A DNA stretch of 64,000 bases from the human T2T-CHM13v2.0 reference genome, Homo sapiens, in NCBI RefSeq assembly GCF_009914755.1, contig NC_060934.1; one strand, given 5' to 3'. Made by a program: the position numbers and the translations under genes. This document shows positions 1 to 13,691 of the stretch, in pieces (the first letter of the stretch is position 1; each line of letters opens with the position of its first letter). The notes below the pieces were generated by a model. The model was not told the origin of the DNA and searched no databases. It saw nothing but the letters and a program-made list of their open reading frames with translations.

Positions 1-494
1 AAACATAGTGAGTATCACATTCTTCCTTCCTGCTGTGGTTTTGCTTCTCACGGGCCTACAAGTCAGAGATAGATGTAGGAACAACTTAAACAATTTTTTC
101 CCTTAGAAGATCAATAGAATTAGTGAATTTTAAATGTTAATGCATTCCATTCCTGGCAGTGGGAAAGTCATTCCAATTCTTCAATTTATATTTATCCTTG
201 ACACAGAGGTACCAAAAGATGAAAAACCCTACATAACATATAATTCATCTTCTATTTAGACTTAAAAATGGAAGTAAAATACAAAAAACAAAATTCATCT
301 GTGATGAAAATCAATTGCCACAACGGCTTAACGTACCCAGAATTTTTTGAGCAAAGTTGTGGCCAGATGATGTCAGCAGGAAGTAAGGCTGTAGAGTTTT
401 TATTCTGACTACATTTTTTATTTTCCTACATTCCCATATATTTCAATATATTGCCTTTGAAAATTTAATAATTAAGGAACAAGGAAATGACCTT

Positions 495-807
<313 letters not shown>

Positions 808-1059
808 AAGGAACAAGAAAGCAAGGACTTGTACAAGTGTTTGTTAGTCTTATAAGAAAGCCTCAGGATGAAGACACCACCTGCACCATCCATACAGGCC
901 CCATCCCCAACCCTCATTTGCTATAGAAAAAGACAGAGACACAGAAGTTTTTGTTGTTTTACCCAGGAAAGTAACACGTAGCCTCTACTCCATTCCCAGG
1001 ACTAATCACTCTGCATTCATATTATGCTTAAGCACAATTTTAATATTACACTTGGTTAT

Positions 1060-1318
1060 TCCAGATGACTTGGGCCTCTTCACACTAGAATGGCCAGTCC
1101 CACAGAGCAAGCATCCCAAAAGAGCGAGACAGAGAGTGAGCGAGAGAGAAAGGCCAAAGGTACCTTTTAGGAACTGGGTTTAGAAGTTGGGCAGCATCAC
1201 TTCAACCTTATTCTTTTCTTCCCAAAGGCCAGCCCACATTCGGGGGACAGGGAGTTAGACTCTGCCTCCCACTGGAAAGACGGTCAAGGCATTTGTAGAC
1301 ATGTTTTAAAGCCACCAC
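1060..1318 (-). mobile_element. Old MaLR LTR fragment (MLT1J/K-like)
   Basis: AGCATCACTTC...AAGGCCAGCCCACATTCGGGGG...AGACTCTGCCTC...TTTTAAAGCCACCAC resembles the reverse complement of the old MLT1 LTR 5' end. Confidence 0.7.
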
Positions 1319-2824
1319 TGCAGAGATGAAGAGTTGACTGAAAATGGGGGAAGACATTGGAAAATGGAGCAGAATCTAACACACAAACATCACTACGTGG
1401 ACGCTTCAGTGTATTTCAGATCACCAAATGTTGATTCCTGAAGTTTCTTGAGTGATGGAGTCATAACCATTTAAGACTTGGTAGGGTGATGATTTTCCAT
1501 TCATTTGTAAACTGTACAACTCGGCTATATCTTAGTCAAAAGAACTGACCCAGGCAGCTGTTTAGAAAGTGCAGCCAGGAGCTGCAGATGGTGGCCGTGC
1601 CTCTCGGCAGGAGTGAGCACAGCAGGCATCTAAGCCCTGAGAAGGACACAAATAGAGATTCCCTTGGTCAGCCAGAAATCAGGCCCATGGAGAATCTGGA
1701 ACCACTCATGTATCATTTTAAATATGTAAAGAACTTTCCAAATTTGGATCCATTACAACAAATCTGATGGAGGTACTGTATAGTTTTCAAATATGGAAAT
1801 CCAAAACTACAAACACCAACCACTACTGTGAAATGTTCTGCCAGACTTCAAGAAGACAAAGTACAAACTCAATCTTTATTAAGAAGAAAATACCTTAATT
1901 GCTCATCTGTCTTTAACCACTGACCACCTCTCTTTGCCTCTCTGTTGGTATCTTTGACTTGGGGAAATTTCATCCCATTCCATGTTAATTTAAATTTTCT
2001 GATAGCACTCCTGGCAGCTTAATCCATGTAAATATAAATATAATATCTTCTACTGACTTTTGCCAGCAATTTATGTTATTTTTGAATGAACAAATTGGAA
2101 TCCACTGTTGGAATTTTATCAAAATGACAACAATTTTGCTTATGACAACTAAAAATCATTTTGGAACATCTGACATCCATAGAAACCTATATAGAAGTAA
2201 AATTAAAATAACACTGGAAGTGAAAAACAGATGTTAAAAATAATTATTGAAGGTCTATAGAGAGGGGAGACTCTAATATAAAAATTATTATTGACCAATC
2301 TTGCAAGATGAGTTTAGCAGGTGTTTTGGTAACTCATCTTAGATTTTTTTATTCAAACTTCAGTAAATGCAACCAACTGCCCAATGCTGGCAAACATAAT
2401 GAAAGTGTAAAAATGGAACAGAAGGAAAGTGTTTAAAAATATCCTGTATATCATTCAAAAATGATGCCATTAACATTGGTACCCACTAAACACTTTCAAA
2501 CTATAGTTCAGATCCTGGTACAAGGCTAATTTTTCCCAGATCTCTTAATGAAACATACACAACAACAGGAAGTCTCTTGCTCAGAGTGCAAATACAGATG
2601 TATTCTTGTGCCGTGGTTTCTAAGGACTGGAGGTTTCCCTCTAGCCTGCTCTTTATTTATTTTGGAAACATTAACAGAAACACAAGTGGATATGTAAGAA
2701 AGGAGGTTCCAATTAATAGTACTCATGGTTTACAGGGTAACCGCTTTATAGTTTTTACTGAACTGTCTACAACTTTAGCACTTAAGAAAACCAACAAATT
2801 CAAATCAATTTCATGCCACTGTGT

Positions 2825-3030
2825 ACATACATTCTCTTATTCAGGAAGTATGTATGAGTGCCACTCGGTGCCAAACCCAGGTCCAGCCTCCAGGGAGCTC
2901 ACAGTCTAGTAATGGAGATAAGAAAATTGGAGATTTGGTAGTATATGATGATAGTTGTGATAAAATATTCATAACCTCAGTGAGTCAAAACAGATTTCAC
3001 AGGGAACTTAATGTCTAACATTAAGTGGAG
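2825..3030 (-). mobile_element. L2 3'-end fragment
   Basis: TATGAGTGCCACTCGGTGCCA...CCTCCAGGGAGCTCACAGTCTAG resembles the L2 3' consensus on the minus strand. Confidence 0.55.
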
Positions 3031-6000
3031 AGGATCACCCCAGACAGGTACAGCCTGCTCGGAGAACTGCCAGGACCTCCAGTGGGGTGAGCACGGAGCT
3101 CAGGGGTCAGGGCCAGGAGGTGACTGGAAGCATCTCACATTTTGTTGTGTAAGGACTGAGCATCCTCCGTGCAGACAGGGGTGTGGAGTCAGAGTCCTGT
3201 TGCCTGTTTACATCAGCGTTTATCCTTTGCTCCATCTCGTGGCATGACAGAACTTTTAACAACTGAAAACTGCACTGCCTTGCCACATGTATGTTTATTT
3301 GCACAATGGCTGTGAGAGCAAGCTGGATCTACCATGCAATGGCTGTGCTCTATCTCCTCTGTGTGGGAAATGCAGGGTTCTGAAATGAAAAAGTCAGGCC
3401 GGATTCTCAGGCTTTCTTTGCCACCTGCTTAAGAAAGTGCCCGTTTTACTGAACGCACAACACAAAAGTTTCCATCTTCTTCCTCATATGGAAATTTTAT
3501 GTGAAATTTTCCCTTTTTTTTTTTTTTTTGTTCCTTCACTTCCAGAATCACAGGCTGCCTGACAGGATTAGCACGTTCCAGGTTCCAACTAAAGCCGTCT
3601 TTTGATTGCAATTGTGGTGATTGAGTCTAGGAGGAAAACACAAATGAATTCTCAGCCCTGGGATTGAGTGACATTTAATAAAAAATACTATTTGTTTAAC
3701 CTGATTGTTATGTTTTTTGAATTATAAAATGCTGAGCATTATGATGGCTGCCAGGTTATGTTATCTACTACTTGATTTTAAGTGATATCTGTGGGATTTA
3801 CATGTAAACTGTAAATTGATGTTTTCTTTTTCTTACCTATACAACAGAAAATAAAGGGTTTCAGAATTTTTATATCACTGGATATTCTGGCAATGAAATA
3901 TTAAATGGCTTTAGGAGAAATGTGTTTTTTACAGGGGAAAACAGGACACATTATAAACCTCTCCATCACTCTCATCAGGCTTCTGACAAGAAAATAATAG
4001 GGCTGCGCAGGAACACGTCTGTTCCCATCCCAAGCACGGGGCTCTAGGTAAAGACATAGCACAGACGGTTAGTTAGCGGAAAGTGGAGAGGTGCCTTTTG
4101 GAGAGATGTTTGTTTGAATATTTGTATTTGCTTTGCAAGGCTAAGCAGCACCCTTTGGTTAATTTTGAGGGTGTTTTGGCATCTGTCACCTGAAGTGTGT
4201 GACTCACCCAGATTCTGACTCAATAGATGGAAAAAGACTAACCTGCTCACAAAATATTCATTTCATGGGTGAGGAGTTCTGTGAATTACCATTTTACTCT
4301 ACTCTCTAATGCTCTGAACATATTTCACAAAGAGATCCATTTTGGCTTTCATTTTCATTTTCTTTTAGTTTTCTCTTATTTTCCAGGACATCTGACTCTA
4401 CCTCCTTAAAAGTGAAGTGACTGTGAAAATTGATTGTACCTTCTTATGTGACACTAATTTTGACCATCCCTTATGGTTGAGAATCTCATGCAATGCTTTG
4501 GATGTTCCATCAACAACATGCCAAGTCCATGAGGTTTCATAGGCCGTGCTCTTGGGGAGTCATCACAGCTCTGGGTTGTCCTACCATCAACACCACCTGG
4601 CACCCACCTTGCCACCAGGGTTCAAACTCAGTTCATTGAGAAAACTGTCTCAACCCCAAGAGTCAAAGTTTAGGTCAATACTGAAACAATCACTCATGTT
4701 CTTGTTGGTGAAATCTGTAGAAATGGTAACTCAGGAGTGAAATCAACCACAGCAACTCTCCATTCATGGTGAGGTGTGGGGTATACAGTAGAGAAAATCA
4801 AGGTGTTTGAGATGAGTCAGGCTTTGGGGTGACTGATGCTCACTCAGCTAAGCATCCGGACTGTCTGGGTTGCCCTTCATGTCCACTCCCCCTCGTACTG
4901 TGTGTTTTAGCTATCTCTGGACTTTTGCATGCTGACTTTCCTCCAGCAGATTGTCAACCTTTACTACTTGCTACACTCAGGGTCTATTCTCCTAACTTCC
5001 TCCACTTTTCCTTCTGTTTCTATACTGATGTAGCTTAAGAAACAAAATAATCAGCTGGACTTGAGAGGCTGATGTTCTCATAAAATAAGGCGGGAAGCTT
5101 GAAGCCAGGTCTTTGTGGTGTAACAGAGGCTGGCTACCTCCCAGATGAATGAGCTTCAGGGGGAAATTAAAGTACTGCTGTCAGCAGCTTTTATTTACTA
5201 ATTCCTGTTGTGAACTATGTACAAATGTGGACCTAAAATACGAGATAAGGGGCTCCTCACTAATAGAGTAAATAGGGAAAATGAAAGGGAAAGTCACAGC
5301 CAGCTAGTAGAGAAATAAGCTGTAGCATCTTGCTTAACGCATGTATATAGGTTTTCAAACAGGTTTAATCGATTTCAATTTTGAAACTTGAAAAGTATTA
5401 TGGCAGTATCTCATGTAATATTATTTTACAGTTGATTGGACTGACAAGATGTATAATTTTTCTATTTTTTTATAGTATTTATTATAATGTAATTGTTATT
5501 GTATTTTAAATTAGTATTTAATATAATGATAACATTTGTTTATAAAGTCTATAACTTTTAAGAATGAGACACAATCAATCTCTTAATGGCACCAAATAAT
5601 CATTTCCACATAGTCAATGTTATTTGAACAAATGAATAAACAAACTCTGGAAAATCATCACAAAAGCAGTCTCCACCATCTCATCAGCACTGGGAAGCTC
5701 TGCGAAGCTGCCTGGGGCGCTAGCAGGCAGACACAATGCCGTCGTAAAAGCCTCCCTGTTTTTGCAAGGGATAGGTTTTACAACCAATAATTAAACGATT
5801 AGGACATTCCATCTCTTGTCACCATGAGGTGGGACCCTGCTGTTCTAGATTTTCCATAACACTGAGTCATCGACAAAATTCAAGATTCAGAATCTTCTCT
5901 ACGAATCTTGACGTATTAAAGCATTTACTTGTAAACTAATGGCAAATGCTTATATTAAATTTAAATAAAATATTAGAGCAGTTAATCGCGTCTTTTTTTC

Positions 6001-6849
6001 CATTCTACTCACCTGAGACATGGGGCAGCTTGAGAAGTTTCTGGAAATGAGGTTAGGTTAGGCACAGATTCTCAGAAATGATCTATGCAAAAGACTTTGG
6101 AATTATAGTGTCATTTTTTTCAATCCTATCAAATTTACTACTGAATATATTAAAGTGTGGAAAGTTGAGAGTTATCAAATGTCACTGAATAAAAATGAGA
6201 TCAGATTTATAATTTGGAAGATTGTGTCATCATTTGGTGTCTGAATTTTTTTGTTGTTGTAATTTCTGCCCTCTCCCATCTAGACTACTTAACATTCTTT
6301 TGCCCATTATAAGTTATCATAGCCCATAAATTTGACAACTTCATTAAAATCCAAACGAGGACACTAATATTTGGCCCATTTCTTCTGGCTGACATTTTTT
6401 GTTCTAGAAATTATCTCTCTTTACCTGTGAATACCCAGTTTACTCTCTACTATTCCCTAAAGTTAGCTTTCACTCAAATACACATTTACAATTATAAAGT
6501 TACTTTATTTCCATTTAGATTGCTCCTGGTCTCCACAGAGATAGCAAAGATTTCAAATGCAACAGGCTATTTAGCAGAAACAGCCATTTTCTTTTATATA
6601 AATTGTTATCTTAGTTCAGTTATTTTGTCTTTAAAAATACATTGCTTCAAAAAAATGCAAACTGAACTATGCTTAATTCAATTCTTTCCATTGGCATGTA
6701 AATTTTAATTTACAATATAGCACCAGGTCCTTTTAGTGGCTTTGTTTAAATTGTTAGAGAGACTAAGACTATTTTAATAAACAATTTCAGAAATACAAAA
6801 ATCTAGGGAATAATACGCTCCAGTTTATGACCGTACAAAAATATATATA

Positions 6850-7370
6850 TTCACCTATCCTGCTAATGGGCATTCTGTTTATTTCCATTGTTTATTATAA
6901 TTTAAAAATTACTACATCTCTTTATTGACCATTACAAATTCTTCTTCTGTCAATTGCTTATTCTTATCCTTCAATGTTTTTTTTTTCCTTTTTTGGTCTT
7001 TTCTTTTTGATTTATTAGGCAATTTTAAATAGTTTGATTACTACTTCTTTCTGTGTTATATGCACTGTCAATCTGTTCTTCCCTTCAATGGCTGGTTTGT
7101 TGTTTTTACCTCAGAACATTCGGTCAAGTGTTTCAGAGGTTAAACTCTATTTGTATATTTATTGCCTTTATGACTTGTACTTTTTCTTTATGGCCTGATT
7201 TCGATAATTCTTTTCTCCTTCACAGACCTAAAGAGCTTTTTCTATATTTTCTTCTACAATGTTGAAGTTTTATTTTTTACATTTAATTTCACATTGAGTA
7301 AAATTTATTTTTTATCTGTTGTGAACTAGAGATCTGCCTTTTCCATGTGGATATCCAACTTCCCAGGAAT
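6850..7370 (-). mobile_element. Degenerate L1M (L1ME-like) ORF2 fragment
   Basis: T-rich L1 antisense pattern (TTTATTGACCATT...TTCTTCTGTCAATTGC...CCATGTGGATATCCAACTTCCCAG). Confidence 0.6.
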
Positions 7371-7807
7371 ATTGAAAGAGAAGCAAATCTTTTTTTTTTT
7401 CTTTTTCTCTTTTAGTATACAAAAGGATGTAACAAGATCCCTAGGACAAATCTGATGTTAACTGAATTAAGTGGATTAGTATTAAATTAACTGGCCCGAT
7501 AATTACAGGAAGGCATTATAAGTCCCTAGGGAGCCCAAGGAGGGTGAAGCCTCATGCCCCTTTGGGTAGTAATACAGGGACTAACTATACTCCTTGCTCC
7601 CACAGGACAGAACATTCTCTAGGTTTTTCATTCCCGACTCAGTAGCACTCAAAGCTTTTCTTAAGGTAAATTAAAGTTATGGAGAAAGGCATCACTCTGT
7701 AGCCACTGTTTTCCAAGAGTAACATTCCAAGGCAGTATCTAGGGAGCCAGCAAAGATTCTGTCCTGTCTACCATTTTCCCATGAATGACATCATAATAGA
7801 ACCTCCC

Positions 7808-8168
7808 TGTCTTATTGCCTTTTCTTATTGGTAACAAAAGATGACAAACTAGGTAATTTATATTAAAAAGTTTATTTAGCTCATAGTTCTAGAGGCTGGA
7901 AGTCCACAGTGCCGGCATCTGTGAGGGCCTTCTTGCTGCCTCACCTCATGGCAGAGGGCATCACATGCTCAGAGTGGGAGCAAGGGAGCCAGGGAGAGCT
8001 CACAGGCACAAGAATAACGCTGCTGTGATAATAAACCCACTCCTGGGACAGCAACATTCATCCCGTCATGAGAACAGAGCCCTCATTCATCCATTCATCT
8101 CATCATAGGGGCAGAAGGATTACATTTCTAACACATGAACTTTTGGGGGACACATTCAATACCTAGCA
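7808..8168 (-). mobile_element. MaLR solo LTR (MSTC/MSTD-like)
   Basis: TTTATTTAGCTCATAGTTCTAGAGGCTGGAAGTCC...GAGGGCCTTCTTGCTG...CATGAACTTTTGGGGGACACATTCAA. Confidence 0.85.
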
Positions 8169-8914
8169 CTCCCAAAATATTCACTAAGAGTGAGAGTAAA
8201 TTGATTTAATTTCAGACTGTTCTTGGCAGTCCATAAGTAGAGATTTCCAAGTTTTACAATAGAGAATTAAAATGATTGAAAAATATTCTAAAAAAAAAAA
8301 AACAACCTGCAGAAGAAAGCTAGAAAATCAGAAGATGAAATATTTTTTAGGCATAAAATATGCATGCAGTTTATAGACAATGGAGATGTGCTAACTCTTG
8401 AAAACGTGCTTCGACATCTCAAATTGCTTAAGGCTTTTGCAACAAAATAACTTACCAGTGTCAGGCCATGGTAGAATATGAGTTCACAATGAATTTTTAT
8501 GCCTGGGTTTCTGTGACCCAAGTTATGCTGAAGAATATGAGAGACACCACCTTTTAAAAATTTTTACATAGCCTGCGGCCACTGCAATTCGTTAATCCCT
8601 TTGGAAAATTGCTTAAGCCTGGCATGTTTTGTAATGAACTTTATCTCTTCACTACCAAAAGTCGTAAAAAGGAACTTCAGTGAGGAAAGAAACACAATTG
8701 ATAATTGAATATTTCAAAGAGATCAGCATTTTAGAAAACTGGGTATGTATTAATATGCTATATCTGACATATGACATGAAAATGACATATATAATATAAT
8801 TTTGTTTATACTATTATATATTTTATACATTTTGTGTTATAATACATTTTGAATATATGTATATATATACACATACATATATACACACACACAATATATA
8901 TAGGAAAATAAAAT

Positions 8915-9045
8915 TAAATATTATCAGAATGTTTATTTCTTGATGATGGGAATTTGAGTGGTTCTTTTTTTACTTTATTTCTATTGTTATTCATTTGGTA
9001 TTTTCCAAATTTTGTTCAGTGATTTTTTATTACTTTTACAATGAT
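8915..9045 (+). mobile_element. L1ME 3' UTR fragment
   Basis: GATGGGAATTTGAGTGGTTCTTTTTT...TTTTCCAAATTTTG...TATTACTTTTACAAT is typical of old L1M 3' ends. Confidence 0.5.
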
Positions 9046-9234
9046 AGACATTATGTTTGGAGGCAGAAAAAAGAAGGGAACAGACAAGAAACGTTCATTT
9101 GAAAATTCTAAATGCAGAACATACCTGAAGTCAAAGTGTCCCCCGTCACTGAAAAACCAAAGCCACCAATATCAAAGAAGCGTGGGCCCTTCCGCCCCCT
9201 ACTGTCTATCTTCAGTAACTGTCCAGTGAGTCTC

Positions 9235-9362
9235 CGCCTTTTGTTAGCAGGAATCTAAGAATCTCCTGGGAAGCTTGCTGTTTGCAAAATTAGGAAATCT
9301 TGAGCTACATCCTCAGATAATCTGAGGCTGGATACCCTCAAACTATACTGTGAGAAACATCA
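9235..9362. mobile_element. MER5-like hAT-Charlie fragment
   Basis: AGAATCTCCTGGGAAGCTTG...CCTCAGATAATCTGAGG...ACTGTGAGAAACA. Confidence 0.45.
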
Positions 9363-9743
9363 TCAAAATTAAGTTACATGACGTGATCACAGCTATAGTA
9401 ATAAAATCAGAAAAAATATGGACATCATATTTAGAAACACAAATTGGCAACGAGATTTCTTTCAGTTTTAAAAAAGTGTATTAGTATATAACATAATATA
9501 GTATGTATTAAAATAATATACATTTAAGGGTATATAAATATATGCTTAGTACACATTGTCAGTATTAATATCAATACATTACCTTTTATACATATGTATG
9601 TGTGTTTGTTTGTGTATTTATGCACATGCAGCTTTATATTTGCCTATGTAGTTGTATATATGTAGAGTGCATAGTATAGTGTGGATGTGTGCGTATGTGG
9701 TATGCATATACCACACACACAGAGTCCTGCACATACACACACA

Positions 9744-10918
9744 GAGCCATGCATCGTTTAACAATGGGGATACATTCTGAGAAACGCATCCATAGGTGAT
9801 TTTGTTGTTATGCAAACATCATAGTGTGAACTTTCACAAAACTAGACAGAAGAGCCTACTACACACCTACTGCTGCTAGGCAACAAACATGTACAGCCTG
9901 TTATTGTCCTGAATACTGTAGGCAATTGTAACACAATGGTATTTACATATCTAAACATAGAAAAGATACAGTAAAAATATGGTATAAAAGATAAAAATGA
10001 TGCACCTGTGTAGGACACTCACCATGAATGCAGCTTTCAGGACTGGAAGTTGCTCTGGCTGGGTCAGTGAGCGAGTGGTGAGTGGATGTGAAAGCCTTGG
10101 ACATTACTGTATGCTACTGCAGACTTTACAAGCACTGTACACTTAGACTACACAAAATGTACAAAAAAATTTCTCTCATCAATAATGAATTAACCTTAGC
10201 CCACTATAACTTTTTTTACAGTATAAACTTTTCACTTTGTTTTAACTTTCTGACTCTTGTAATTACACTCCACTGAAAACACAAATCCACTGTATAGCTG
10301 AACAAAAATATTGTCTCTTTTTATATCCGTATTCTATAAGCGCTCTTATATTGTTTAATTTTTTAATTTTTAAACTTTTTTGTTAAAAACTAAAACACAA
10401 ACCACACAATAGCCTACACCTACACGGGGTCAGGATCATTATCACTGTCTTCCACCTACATTTCTTGCCCCATTGGAAGGTCTTCAGGGGCAACGTCACG
10501 CATTAAGCTGGCATCTCCTATGATGACAATGCCTTTTTCTGGATAGCTCCTGAAGGAAGTGCCTGAAGCTGTTTCACAACTGACCTTTTAATAATATATT
10601 AACATAAAGAGTACAATCTAAAATAACAATAAAAACTATAGCATATTAAACTAGTAACCTAATCATTTATTATCATTGTCAGGCATTATGTGCTATACCT
10701 TATTGTATGTGCTGTATTTTTATATGACTGGCAGTGCAGTAAGTCTGTGTACACAAGCATCACCACGAACACAGGACTAATGCATTTTGCTACAGTCTTA
10801 CAGTGGCGACTGCCTGATGAGTTGGCAGGAGTTTGCCAGCTCCATTATAATCTTGAGGGATCACCATGGTATATGTGGTCCTTCGTTGAACAAAACGTTG
10901 TTATGCTGTACACGACTG
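9744..10918 (+). mobile_element. Tigger3b-like (Golem/MER7) TcMar-Tigger non-autonomous DNA transposon, about 1.17 kb, near full length
   Basis: 5' end CATGCATCGTTTAACAATGGGGATACATTCTGAGAAA; 3' end CAAAACGTTGTTATGCTGTACACGACTG followed by TA. Confidence 0.92.
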
Positions 10919-11629
10919 TATGTACTTTTACAAATAATGCTGCATTTGTCTTTTTAGAAATTATCAAGATCCTAACCTGCGATTAACATCTGCATTTTAA
11001 CTCTAAAGCTGATAAAAGCTTTTCCTCACTTTGAAGTTATTTGAAGTAGCAGGTTTTTTAAAAGATGACATATATAAGTTCTTAAAAATCATTATTTACT
11101 AATTTCAGCATTTCTTCTGAGCTAAGTTTAATATTGTAAAATCTCACAAGCAATTTATTTAAGGTCAGTTAATGACATTGAAGCCAAATTCCTTTTTGAA
11201 ATACGCTCTCAGTTGCAATTGAACACAGTTACACGTGCCTCTTTGAAGGAAAACGTAGGCACAGTGATAAATGCAGCGTTTCCTTACCCATAACCAAATA
11301 GAAATAGCTGCATCAACATTCCGAGCCCAGGACAAATAGGGCTGAAAAGAAAACAAGAAAAAATCATCAGTTTGGCAGCAAATCCACTGTCACTATACTC
11401 CCTGGCACTTGCCTTTGGCCTGGAAAGCACTTGTCAATAACGGCTTCTTTGTTTTCTGAGACGTCATCTGTAAATACTGAAATATTGAAACCTAGTCCAG
11501 GCTTTGATACCGCATTCTTAAACCTGTTTTGAAAACCTGAGATAATTGCTTTAAAAATGCCTTCATCTATCTGTTATTTGATTTAGAAATACATTGGATT
11601 AGGTCTTATAAGTCAAGCAGAAACTTGTC

Positions 11630-11926
11630 TTTTTTTTTTTTTTTTTTTTCTAGACGGAATCTCACTCTCACCAGGCTGGAGTGCAGCGAGCAATCTCGGC
11701 TCACTGCAGCCTCTGCCTCCTGGGTTCAAGCAATTCTCCTGCCTCAGCCTCCCGAGTAGCTGGGATTACAGGTGTGCGCCACCACACCCAGCTAATTTTT
11801 GTATTTTTAGTAGAGACAAGGTTTCACCATGTTGGTCAGGATTGTCTCGACCTTCTGACTTCGTGATTCACCTACCTCAGCCTCCCAAAGTGCTGGGATT
11901 ATAGACGTGAGCCACCATGCCAGGCC
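11630..11926 (-). mobile_element. AluSc-like SINE
   Basis: Poly-T, antisense Alu body with CTTCGTGATTC, TSD GAAACTTG(T/C)C on both sides. Confidence 0.96.
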
Positions 11927-12519
11927 GAAACTTGCCATTTTTAAACATACACACTTGTCCTTTATGTGATGTTCTCCTGGTGCTGAATCTGTCTGCCATT
12001 CCCAGATTGTGGAGTTGGGGGGTGAAGTTCCTGAAGTCATTTCTAGGAGGGACTCAGTATCCTATATTCATCACAATTGATGCTGTAACCACAGCATGAG
12101 ATGCTGTGAAGAACAAATGAGATAAATAATGTGAAAAGGCTATGAAATGAGTGAAGCCCCATGTAAACAACTGGTACCAAAAGCTTCTCACTGCTACTGA
12201 ATTGGAAGAATTAAGAAAGAGGTGGATGTCAGCTTTCTTTCCTCCTCTAGTCGATTCACTTTTCCCCAAACGCCTGGTGAAATGTGACTCTCGTGTGTGT
12301 ATTAACTGCAAGAGTGTCACAAACACTGCCTTCCACTATGCCTCTGTGGAGCAAACTTAACAGTAAAATTTAATCTAAAAATTTGTCTTGTCTTTTTTAT
12401 GCAGCTTTTTGGATTGGCTCACAGTTTTCCTACTTTTCTGTCCTGTCAGTTGAGAAGAATACATTTCAAGAGATGCTCTTGGAAAACACGTTTGATGGAG
12501 AGGTTGATTTTTGTAACCT

Positions 12520-12858
12520 GTATGCCGTAATCAGGTACTCTTGGTTCTTGGTATAAATTAGACATATAACGGAAAATTCTATTCTATTACTAGAACTCTC
12601 TGGAGCCCCAAAGCAGGGTCCCTGACAGAAACTGCATCTCCAGGGGACCTAACCACTGTTAGAACTTGGGGCCACGGGGTGAGGAAGGCATGAATGCCAA
12701 CCCTGTGCTAATATCTCCCTCCTCCCACCTACCACATGGGAGCCCAGGCAATACAATCTATAGAAATCAGCTTCCCTGACTGAAAAATTATGTAGGAAAA
12801 GGGAAGAATTAATGCAGGTAAATGAAAGAAACCCAGCACACCCCTAATGTCTACTATA
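12520..12858 (-). mobile_element. Possible very old MaLR/ERVL LTR remnant
   Basis: Begins TGTA...TCAGGTACTCTTGGTT and ends AATGTCTACTATA, similar to old MLT1-type termini; interior too degenerate to assign. Confidence 0.3.
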
Positions 12859-12929
12859 TAGCTGTTTATAGGCATCCCAAAATCAATCAAGAAGGTGTGC
12901 CTGACACTTTGTAGATTTCTTGAAAGATT

Positions 12930-13071
12930 TCCTTTCTCTGCACATCTCTATCTCCCTCTCTCCCTCTCTCTGAGTCTCATCCTCCTCTTCATTCTTTTCT
13001 CTTCTGCCCCTTCCCTCTCCATGCTATCTCTTGCTCTTCTCCCTTCCTTACCCTCTCTGTCTCTCCCCATC
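12930..13071 (+). repeat. CT-rich polypyrimidine low-complexity tract
   Basis: About 140 bp dominated by C/T (CTCTCCCTCTCTC...CTCTCTGTCTCTCCCC). Confidence 0.85.
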
Positions 13072-13285
13072 TTTACTCATTATGGCTACTTTGCCTGACT
13101 ACTCTTGAGTTATTTCGACTTGGACTAGAAAAGAAAAAATGAGAGCCAACAAAATGGAACAAAGAATTTGCCCTTTCTCCTGAACATTAGCATGTTTGGT
13201 GATTTATGTGTAGCTTTCCTAGGATAATATGAGACTCATGTTTACAGGGAACATGGAAATCTAGGAAACAGAGACAGAAGTCACC
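13072..13285 (+). repeat. Inverted repeat, left arm (214 bp)
   Basis: Reverse complement of 15439-15652 with 10 mismatches and no gaps by manual alignment. Confidence 0.97.
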
Positions 13286-13347
13286 TTCCTTCCCCCCCAC
13301 TCCCTCCAATTGCATCACTGTACTGGACCCATGAATAGACACCAAGG

Positions 13348-13691
<344 letters not shown>

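Noticed and set aside
3505-3560. Poly-T tract plus TTCCAG acceptor-like site
   Set aside because: No convincing donor nearby; more simply a T-run
5706-5722. GCTGCCTGGGGCGCTA as a CTCF site
   Set aside because: One base short and lacks the central AG of the core
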